From the NCBI GenBank assembly GCA_047967505.1, contig CM106538.1: 64,000 nt of DNA; one strand, 5' to 3'. The translations under genes were made by a program, and so were the position numbers. The notes below the pieces were generated by a model that searched no databases, was not told where the DNA came from, and saw only the letters and a program-made list of their open reading frames with translations. Shown piece by piece: positions 53,641 to 64,000 of the stretch. Numbering within the stretch: position 1 is the stretch's first letter; every line of letters starts with the position of its first letter. Source of the DNA: Dipteris shenzhenensis. Lineage: Eukaryota.

Positions 53641-54430
53641 CAAGCGTGGTGGTTGTTTGGGATTAGTATACTGTTTAGGATTTACATTTTCCCTTGTTTG
53701 GGATTTACGAAAACAAGCTAGTGGTTGTTTGGGATTTACTAAAGGTTATATTTTGTGGGGGTTACAGTTATTCCTAAACCAACAAAAATGCATTTCCTTG
53801 CCAGAGCATCTACCTCCTCTAGCTAGTGCCTACCTTCTCTAGCCTTAACTATCATACAACTAACCTGTCATATTCATCAATGTAATGTGTTGGGAATCTA
53901 TCGGTACATGGGTCTTTAAAGATGGCAAAGATCTCATTGGATTACATCATTGAGCATGCCAAGATGGCTTGATTTGACAAATTAGAATATGTGAATAATT
54001 ACAGCTTGGATATCAGGAGATCAAACTAGCTTGGGTTGCAGTTAATAATCCTAAACCAACAAAATGCATTTCCTTGCCAGTACCTACCTTCTCTAGCCAG
54101 TTGGGACCATGACTTGGATCCATGTTTCCTCGGCCCTCCACATAAAGGGGGGGATTTTTTAACAAAAGTTTTAAGAATTTACTTTGCATTTGTTGCATGA
54201 ATGCATTGAAAGAATCATTTGTAGCATTGAAAGTTATTAATCTTCAAACTTTTACATTAATGCATGATAACTCCTTTGCATTTCATGTAATTAAAAAATT
54301 TAAGAATGCATAGGGTGGGGGTCATCGTCAAATTCCCACCTACTCACTATTGTGTGGCAAATGTAGCTCTTTGCTAGTGTCACGTGAGAAAGCTTTCCAC
54401 ACACACACACAACAAGATCTACTCGCAAAC

Positions 54431-56061
54431 ATGGCCTCAACTGCCAACACGAAGCAAAAAGTAGGGGAAGAGCTAAGTAAGGGCAAGCACAAGAGAATGA
54501 TGAGAAGCATTCGGGATGCCTTTTTTGTTAGGGTGTGCAACATGGAGGAGAGTGAGATGGAATCAACCTTGTCTAGTCTAGAGGGAGGTAGCACTATGAA
54601 GAGGAGGATTCTTGATGATGCTAAGAGCAATTTGCAGTCTGAAGGTCATGATGACCTTGCCAGCCAGGTGCAATGGGAGACAGATGCCATGCTTTGGGTT
54701 GACAAATTTATTGGGAATGCAAAGACCCACTTCAATGAAGCATGCAATGTAGACCCTAGTACTCTTACACAAGAGTTTGATGTCTTCAAATCAACACAAT
54801 GGATGGGTGTATGGGCCAAGCACAAGAGTAGGGTCATTGGATCAGATTGCCGTGTCATAGTGGCTAAGAGCTGGGAAAAGAAAGCTATAGCAACTTATGG
54901 GCAGCGAGCTATGTCCCTGGCCACAAGTGAAGAGCAGCTAGCCTCTATGCCCTCTCAACCATTGAGAGGTGATGAGGTTCAAAGGGCACAACACTTGGCT
55001 AGTAACATAGTCACAGTGTCAATCTTGGCCTATGTCACGGATCCAAGTTGGCGAGAAAATCGGCTCAGGCACCTATGGCACTGTATTTGAAGTGCGGTTG
55101 GTAGACAACCATATCACATGGAATATGCCAAAAAGAAGTACAAGGGCAATATTGTGATGTGTACATGAGAAGCAAGGAGTGAACAACTCATGCAGATTTT
55201 ACACCCAGTCCTTGTATGTGTGATCGCAACAATCCAAGAAGACCACTATGGATCATCACACCATACTTTAATGGTGGTAGCTTGTTGCAGTTGCTTCAGA
55301 TTTTGCCAATGGACCAAGGCAAGTTCACATGCTACTTCCACCATGTTCTAATCAGAGGAGCAGATCTGATGGCCATTGCGAGGGAGGGAGTCTAAGCTAC
55401 ATTGGAGAAGGAAGATATTATCTGAATCAATGTCTTTGTTGAGAATCTCTTCCATATCATCCATGCACTTGTGGATGGTTTAGCAATGTTGCATGCAGGG
55501 AGGTGGATGCACATAGACCTTCACCTGGGCAACATCTTATTGGACTTTTTTGGAAAGTCTAGATGCCAAGGAGGCATTATAGACTAGAAGATGGCCATGG
55601 ACTTCGCGGAGAGTCGAAAGGCATTCAAGCATCTAAAGAAGAAGTATTTGGAGACACATGCCAACTTTACTAAGAGATTTCATAGGAAAGAGGAACTGCA
55701 TGGGCAGAAAAAGTGGCTTGCACTTGAGCTACAAGAAGTAGCCTTAAGAGGAAGATATACATGCCATGCAGATACCTATGCATTCGGATGGATCATTGTT
55801 GAGATGATTCAATTTTTTGAAGATGCTTGGGGTTATCTTGAGAATGATCAAAAAATGCCTCCCTCTCATGTCATTAATGCCATTAAGCATCATGCATAGG
55901 AACAAATGATGCATTGCATTGCCAATCAGAGAAAGCTACCTATAGAGACCAATGATATCTTAAAGAGAGTAGAATGTGAGGGAGAATTGGCTATGAGGCC
56001 TATGGAAGAGATGACTCTTGCCCTTAGGCTTGTAACAAAAGCCACATTTTTTGCCTTGTAA
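54431..56061 (+). pseudogene. Intronless eukaryotic protein kinase pseudogene with about 200-aa N-terminal extension
   Basis: Subdomains in order across about 3 frameshifts: VGEKIGSGTYGTVFEV (55047), EYAKK (55121), ILHPVLV, LWIITPYFNGGSL, LVDGLAMLH..WMHIDLHLGNILL (55510), IID*KMA, KWLALEL, YTCHADTYAFGWII. Confidence 0.85.
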
Positions 56062-56699
56062 TATTCTTGAGACACCATGTGTCTATCAAATGTTAAACAA
56101 GCAATGTTAAACAAGCACTGGTAGTATTGTGTTAAACTACCAACGGTAGTATTAGCACTATCGCCGGTAGTATTGATACTACCGTTAGTATGTATCCGGT
56201 TGCAAGTCAGGGCCACCTGATAGCATAAAGGTGTGATTGTACTCGTGATTACATGAAATACACCATCACAACACATAATCACAAGAAAATTCACATGATT
56301 ACGTGAATATGCAATCCTTAGTACTCACTTCTATACTAACATCCATATGAACAAAAATGTTTACATGGGGGATTCATAGGTCCATTTAAGTATACAAGTT
56401 TACATGCCATTCACATGCATAACAAGGAAATAGATTCCCGAGCAGCCTTATGGAAACTTTACTTGCATCTGCAATGTTTACATGCATTTCAATTGCATGA
56501 TATATATACATACATGCATATATATGTATGTATATATCTATGTGGCCACTTGGATCGTCATCGTGTGTTACAAGGGAAAGCAAGTTTAGTGTAGCATACT
56601 ACGTTTTGTGTGGGAGCTAGTGATTTGTCCAAAGGTATATTCTAAGTGGCACCTAGATTACTTCCAAGTTCCTCTCCTCCCAAAATAAAAAAGAAGGAA

Positions 56700-58564
56700 G
56701 CTACTGTTCCTCCCTACTCCATGTTGCTCCCTCCCCCTCTCTAAGCTTCAACCCTCCTCTCACTCTCCCTTAGCCCCTCCCTCCCTTAGCCTACCTACCT
56801 ACCCCCCTTCTCCCCGCCCTCCTCCCTTGCACTTAGCTTGCCTCCCTCTTGCCTTTCTTCCCGCCCCCTCTCCCCTGCCCTCAGTCCACCTCCACCCTCG
56901 CCCCTTTTCCCCTCCTTTTTCTTGCCTCCCTCCTCCCCTGCATGCTTATTCATCTAACCCCTTCTCCTCCTCTTTCCTCTTCTTGCCCCTCTTTGGCTTT
57001 CTCCTTTTTGTAGCTTTTTGGGAATGGATGTAGCTTCCTTCTAGTCGATTGGGGGTGCTGGATCCTCCCTCAACCATAATCCTACTCTGCTTCCACCGGT
57101 CGCCATAACTATCACATTTTCAAAAGACAAGCTACAGAAACTCAAGAAGGATGAAGACCTTGAATGCTCAACTACTTTGATTGCATGCATATATGGGTCT
57201 CACCCTTCTAGGTCTCAAGCTAGAGATTGGATGCTTGTGGCACTTGACCTAGACCTGACCCCTCGATTTAAAGATGTTCACCTTTTGGGATGAGGTTTTT
57301 TCCAGGTTGTTTTTGACTCTCCAAAGGCTGCGAGCACTGTGCTCCAAAGCACGTTTTCTATACCTAGGACACATGGAGATTTTCTTTGTTGCCTTCTCTC
57401 TAGGCTTTGAATCTATGGAGGAGGGACAAGGAGGCGTTTTCACTCTTTATCAAGGTTCCTAGGCTCCCCCAGGTCTACCATCACCTTCTTCATTGATTGG
57501 GGAGCACTTTGCTATGGTCATTGAGATGCCCCCCCTCCTTAGGTTGCCCTTGACAACTGTAGAGGCAATTAAGTCTGACAAGGTCCCTAGAGTTAGGATC
57601 CTTATTACAGAAGACCCTAACATTTTGGATGATTGTAACTTGCTTCAATGTCCGGATGGGGCTTTCTTTTGGCAGAGAGTGGAGGTTACAGGTAGATAGG
57701 ACCAGTGCAAGATCTGCAGAACCCTTGGACATTTTGCCAAGGATTGCCCTAGGAAGAAGAAAAAGCCCAAAAGCCATCTGGTACAACAACTCCCTTTTAA
57801 CCTCGACAGGGGGGTGGGACAGCTCTTGTGCTATTCCCCGACCTCGATAGGGTGATGTTACTCCTCTAATGCACTCCTCCTTGACAGAGTGCCACTTTGG
57901 TACCATGGCCTCCTGCCTCTAGTGCCTCATGTCCTCTAATGGCACCCGTAGCACTTCATTAGGTTCGAGTTCGTACACAGCTTCCACCCCCATCAGTTCA
58001 AGAGGCCACTGTCCTCGACTCCACCTCCTTAGGAGCTTTGGAGTCTAGGATGCTTCAACTATAGTTGTAGCCCCAATTGCACCTTCTCCCCCGAACCCTT
58101 TGGTTGCCCCTCTCCCTGTCATAGGGGTAGCTCCTGCTGTCCCTGACCATGCACATTCTCTGGTTGGAGGGGCCTCAACAGTCTTTTATACATAGGGTTC
58201 TCATGTGCAGTCTTCAACTCCCCTCTTGGATAGAGGAAAGGGGGTTGGGTACTCTATTGATTCACTTCCCTCTCAACCAATCCTTTGCACCCCTATGACA
58301 GGCCTAATTCACAAGAACTCCTTTTCAAGCCTCGCAAATTTCCCCGAGGAGGACTTTGTGCGCTCTTCTTTTGGTGAGGCAGTGATTGGGATTCTTGTTG
58401 ACAGGGCATCTTCTTCTTCAGGTGGCAAGGTGTTTTCTCCTATTGAGTTTCTGCCACTTCCATCCCTCACTCTGAGCAAGAGGTCTTCCCCAGCTAAGGG
58501 GTTTGTTTCCACCACTAGGTCGGGTAAGATGTTCCATTCTAGATTCTTCCACCAATGAGGTATG
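56700..58564 (+). mobile_element. L1-clade LINE 5' portion: pyrimidine-rich leader plus decayed ORF1 (DUF4283-like and CCHC knuckle)
   Basis: TLIACIYGSHPSRSQARDW..VHLLG*GFFQVVF, PRVRILI, CKICRTLGHFAKDCP (57706-57750), then Pro/Ser-rich tail; cut by LTR at 58565. Confidence 0.78.
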
Positions 58565-59298
58565 TGTTGAGATATCAAGCTCTACCCCCGATATATCTCC
58601 TGGATGACTATCATTTATGTCACCGCCTATGTTTGTTGTACTCGTGGTGTAGTTAGACTACCACGTATGTTTTTGGTTTGGGTTCACATATGAACCACGT
58701 ATTCTAGGTTTCGACATATAGGGTATTTCCCTCTTCTATTGTATTGTTGTTGTGTGTTGTGAAGAAAGCTGAACTTGAGTCTCCTATCTCTTTCCCTCAT
58801 TCTTTACATGGTATCAGAGCCTTGTTCGTGGTAAGGAGCTCAAGAAAGCAAGCCAAGTTTGTGGTGTCCTGGTAAGAGGACCACTGTTGCTTTCCTATTT
58901 CGAGTTTGGGAGCAAATCTCTGCAGGTAGCACAGCCAGAAGTGCAGGAGTGCACTGTTTCAGATTGAGAGGCCCTTCGCGGTGTGGCGAGAGCGCAGTAG
59001 GGCGTAAGGGCGAAGCCCTCGGTGACTTTATTTTTCTGATTTGAGGCCGTTTCGGGCCCCGTTTTGAAGGCGGAAGTTCTTTGCAGGCACTCAGAAAAAG
59101 GCCCTGTTTTTCGCTGTGCGACCACTGCGGTGGAAAGGTGCCACCGAAATTGCATCGTATGCCTGTGTGCAGAGATATTGGGAGTTGCAGATTCATGCCT
59201 GTTGCCTGTTGATGCAAAATCGTCACTAGGAAGTGACTGTGTGGTGAAATACCACTTTCGTCAGTGTTGCAGATCTGCCCCTGTGAGGCTTTTTGCAG
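58565..59298 (+). mobile_element. 5' LTR (58565-58808), PBS and leader of a Copia B-related subfamily, truncated
   Basis: TGTTGAGATATCAAGCTC..TTTACA, PBS 58809-58820, leader highly similar to 24082-24540. Confidence 0.9.
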
Positions 59299-62200
59299 AA
59301 GTCTTTCCATATAGTATGTCGCGTTCTTTTTTCTTGTGTATCTAAAATTTTTTCTGGTTCATGTGGTAAAGATGCGAGTTCCATAAGTTCAACTAGGACT
59401 TCATTTCCAATGAGATTATCATCATCTCCTAATTTTCTTTTTAGCCTACTAACATGAAAAACTGGATGTACTCTACATCCCTCAGGTAAGGCTAATTTGT
59501 AAGCAAGTTCTCTAATCCTCTTAAGTATTGTGAATGGTCCACAATACCTAGGAGACAACTTCGGACATTTACCTGTTTTTAGAGATTCTGAAGATTCAAG
59601 TACCTTAAGGTAGACTTTCTCATTTACTTCAAACTCCAACTTTCTACGGTGGGAGAAGGAAATTAGTGCTCTATCTTGAGCTCTCCTTATGCTATCTTTA
59701 GCTAACTTAAGCATTTGATTCCTATCCTCAAGAAAGTCTTTAGCCGCTTGAACCTTCTCTTTTTCAAGTCCCACTGTCGTTGGGGCTCTAGGTTGAAATC
59801 CATACATCATCATGAATGGACTGAAACCTATAGCTGAATATTTGGCACTGTTATATGCAAATTCTAATATGGGCAAATACTGTTCCCAATTAGTTTGCCG
59901 TTTACTTACATATGCTCGAAGCATATCCTCAATGATTTGATTGACCCTTTCAGTTTGACCATCACTCTATGGATGATCCGCGGTGCTCATATTCAATGAA
60001 GTTTCCAACCTCTTAAACACAGCCCTCCAAAAATGGCTGTTAAATTTGCTATCCCGGTCACTAACAATACCGGCGGGTAGCCCATACAGTCTATAAATAT
60101 GCTCCACAAATAGCCTAGCTAATTCTAGAGTTTTAAGATCTTCACTGACAGGAATAAAATGAGCCATCTTGGTCAACCGATCCACAATTACCCACATAGA
60201 GTTGTGCCCCCTCTGTGTCCTAGGTAGTCCCACAATGAAATCCATGGAGATGCTTTCCCATTTGCCAGATGGAATCTCCAATGGGTGTAGGAGACCTCCT
60301 ACCTTAAGGCGTTCAGCCTTATTGACCTAGCATTTTTGGCACTTCAATACATAATCTTGGATGTCCTTACCTATTCCAGGCCAAAAGAATTGTCTTTTCA
60401 GAAGTACATATGTCTTCTGAATTCCCGGGTGTCCAGCACTCGGACTGTCATGACATTCAAAAAGGATTTGGTGCCTAATTTCGTTATCATCCGGGACACA
60501 TACTCTGCCCTTGTAGAGTAGGTAGCCATCTTCAATAGTATATTTTCTCCACTTGAGTCCTTTATCACCAACCCGTGGTGTGTCGCCATTTCCATGCGAC
60601 TCCTCAGTGAAAGCCTCTCGATTAGTTAGATCCCTGTTTTTAATTGCTTTCCATATTTCAGAGAAGTGAGGATCAAATTCACATTTCCCTTTTAAGGACT
60701 CTAGGAAATCATTCTGAAATTGAGTAAAACTCAATTCATTAACAATTGGCATTCAGCTAAGAGAGTCTGCTACCACATTAAACTTCCGTTTCCTATATGT
60801 CAATTGTATATCAAACTCTTGCATTAACTCAACCCATCTAGCTTTTCTACCTTTAAGCTCTGGCTGATTACAAATCCATTTAATTCTTTCTTGATCAAAG
60901 ATGATCTCAAATTTTGCACCATATAAATAGTGCCTCCACTTCTTTAAAGCATAGACTATAGCATATAGTTCCTTCTCATATGCCGAGTAATTCCGTTGGG
61001 CACGATCTAGCTTTTTGCTTTCAAAAGCTACCGGTCGACCTTTTTGTATAAGTACCACCTCAACAACAAAATCACTGGCATCTATCTCAACCATGAATGG
61101 TGCATTGGGATCCACTACTTTTAAGACAGGAGCTGCCGCTATAGCTGCCTTTAATTTTTCAAAACTTCTCTTTTGATGTTCATCCCATGAAGGTGCTTCC
61201 CTTCCCCTTAAGCTGGTCCATCATCGGAACAACATTCTTAGCATAATCTTGGATGAATCTCCTATAGAATCCTGACAAAGCTAAGAATATCTGTAATTCT
61301 TCTAGATTTGTAGGATGTGGCCATTCCAATATGGCCCTTACTTTGTCAGGGTCCATACGAACCCCTTCTTGGGATATTATATATCCCAAGTATTTCACTT
61401 CTTTTGCAAAGAATTCACATTTGGATTCTTTTGCAAAGAGTGAATTATCTCTAAGTAGTTGGAACACTTTTTGCAAATGTTCCAAATGTTTTTTTCTGGT
61501 TTTACTATAAATAAGGATATCGTCTAGAAATACTACAGCAAATTTCCCTAGATATGGCCTTAAGACACTATTCATAAGTGTCATGAAAGTTACTCGAGCA
61601 TTTGTTAATCCAAATGGCATTACTTTAAATTGATAATGCCCATACCTAGTACGAAATGATGTCTTAGGGACATCTTCTTCCCTAATTCGTACTTGATGAT
61701 ATCCTGATCTTAAATCAATTTTAGTAAAGTATTTTGCCCCTTGCAATTGATCAAAGAGCTCATCAATGCAAGGCATAGGATACTTATTTTTTATGGTGAT
61801 TTTATTTAGTGCTCGGTAATCTATGCATAAACACATAGTACAATCTTTTTTCTTTACCAGTAAAATTGGTGCAGACCAAGGTGAGCTACTTGGTTGGATT
61901 TGTCCCTTTTTAAGATATTCCATTAACTGCCTTTCGACCTCATGTTCCTCCGTTTGAATAAGCCTATATGGGGGTTTACAAACAGGGGTAGATCTAGGAA
62001 TTAAATCTATTTTATGATCTACTTCTCTCTCAGGAGATAAACCATCAGGTAAATTAGACGGAAAAACATCTTTAAATTTAAACATTAAATCTTTTAAAGA
62101 AGATTTATATTTTTTAACATTACAAAAAACAACATTACTTCTTTCCGATGCAAAAGACATAAAATCACCAATAAAAGTAAGTTCACAAAGATATACCTCG

Positions 62201-64000
62201 CATTCTTCTTGGTGTAGTAGTCGTTCCAATTCCATCCAACAAATAAGAGGAGAATTAGGCACATCATGTTCTCCTTGAATCTGAAAGACTCTACCCTCTT
62301 TTTCAAACATAATGGAGTTATTAAGATAACTCCTCTATAACCTATGCCCAAGACTATATAGCCATTCTCGACCAAGCACTACATCTATTCGGTCGAGATG
62401 CATGATTTGGAAATCCAACGCATCCTGATAGCCTTGAATATCCATCTCTACACCATATATCATGGTGTCCCAAACTTTTTTATCACTGCCCTTCGCCAAA
62501 GAGACCACATATTTATGGGCATTGGGACTCTCAGGCAATTTTAATTTCTTAACTAGCGAGTAGTTTAAGAAATCATATGTTGCACTATCATCGACCATCA
62601 CTCTTACTCTTTGCCCCTTAATTTTTCCATGCATCCTCATTAAATCATGAGGAACAAAGGTGGGCTGCCACATTGCCAATGATAGACAGCACAGGTGGGT
62701 GCTATCCTCATGATAGACCTCTACCTCAGTGTACTTTTCAATACCATTAAGAGGTAACACTTGCACCGCATGCACTTGTTTTTGTGGAGGTCTATTTGGG
62801 GCTTTAGCTCTTGCTAGTTTATTTTTAGGATAGTTCCAAGCAACATGGTCTTTGCCCAGACATTTGAAGCAAATATTTTCTTGCCTGGCGCTTTCATAAT
62901 CCTCTTTCTTCAAGAGAGGATAATTTTGTGTTTGAGGTTTCTTAGGTGGTGCCTGAGGAACCTCCTTCTTAAAGTGCCCCTTCCTTTTCAAATTGGAAAA
63001 TTTATTGAACTTTGGAACAAAACATGTTTGCTCCGAAGTTCCAATTCTGAATTTCCCCGTCGTATCATCATATATTTGGGCATACTGAATGGCTTCCTCA
63101 AAGGTTTTTGGAGAATTTCTTTTCATCTCAACCTTGTAAGTGTCTTTGAGACCTCTCATGAAACCCCTTATCTTTTGGAATTCATCAATTCCCTTTAGCT
63201 TAAGGACTGCCTCCCTATAATTTGCTATGTACTGGACTAGAGTGTTTTTACCCATAGTGCAATTGTCCCAAGCCTCCCACGCTCTTTCTTATTCATTTTC
63301 TGATAAAAACTCTTTTAGGAAGGCTTGTTCAAACTCAGTCTAATACCTAGGAATTTTATCACTCTCCCTGAGGCTCATCCACCATTTATAGGATTTATTT
63401 CCAAGGGAAAGACTTGCTTCCACGACTTGATTTTCAGGAGGTGTATTCTTGAGTCGATGAAAGTCTTGCCATTTTTGAAAGAACGTATTAATCGCATCTT
63501 TATTACGCTCCTTTTCTTCCCCATTAAAAATTGGTGGTTTTAAGTCCTTAAGGATGTTCGAGGTTTCTCTAAGTCAAGAGGTAGACCTCTCAACTTGATT
63601 AGGAGGAATCGGTGATTTTTTAGTAATAGATACCGATTGAGAATCGGCTATCTTAGTTATAGCTTCAGCTAGAGTTTTTAATGTTTCACTGATAACCCCT
63701 AACTGTGTTTCTATATTTTGCGTTCGAGTTTCAAGTTTAGTGAATTCCGCATACGGAATTCCATAATCACCATAATCAATATCCACCATTTGTACATTAT
63801 CCTCTTGAGTTTCAGTTTGTACCTCCTCATGTATTTCCTCTCTAACTATTGCTTTTCCCTTTCTAGCCCTTTCCTCGGCCTCCCTATTCATACTATCCCT
63901 TTCTGGAGTTATCATTTTAAAAATGTATATTTTCCAGAAAATGTAAAGCAAAGTGCTTTATGTGAGAGAGAAAAATATTATGCCCACTTCCCTGGTATTT
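59299..64000 (-). mobile_element. Ty3/Gypsy chromovirus-type gag-pol (gag, PR, RT, RH, INT, start of chromodomain), disrupted; 5' end beyond the window
   Basis: CFKCLGKDHV knuckle remnant, VMVDDSAT and VVLGREWL protease, [10 protein letters not shown] and [17 protein letters not shown] and YEKEL RH, SMDFIVGLP and VSDRD INT, GPF and HPVFHVS, PHEPEKILD. Confidence 0.93.

Noticed and set aside
56495-56540. AT-rich palindrome ATATATACATACAT..ATGTATGTATATAT as the Helentron terminus
   Set aside because: Low-complexity TA/CA sequence forms such palindromes easily, and no matching subterminal repeat was found
56700-57033. Pro/Leu-rich ORF 56827-57033
   Set aside because: Translation of the pyrimidine-rich LINE leader

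Overview
Eukaryotic, plant-type, transposon-dominated DNA. A large-genome land plant such as a fern is my guess from the element families; the sequence does not prove it. The only intact-looking host gene is a two-exon DUF1685-family gene at the far left. The rest is a nested transposon cluster. It holds four TSD-bounded Ty1/Copia elements (families A, B, C and a non-autonomous D), truncated B/C copies, Ty3/Gypsy fragments including a chromovirus, two related TGTAAG..CTTACA LTRs, an L1 LINE ORF1 and a decayed Helentron/Helitron2-type Rep-helicase. Manual translation across frameshifts recovers three domains the ORF track fragments: an intronless protein kinase with an HxDLHxGN catalytic loop, an OTU-like cysteine protease, and a retropepsin fused in frame behind a Gypsy integrase tail. 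The main hypothesis is a large Helentron-like family carrying kinase and OTU cargo. Removing two TSD-bounded Copia insertions puts the Rep-helicase and kinase head-to-head on one repeat-rich stretch, and that stretch shares a repeat motif with the OTU locus. All calls come from visual inspection; no database searches were run.
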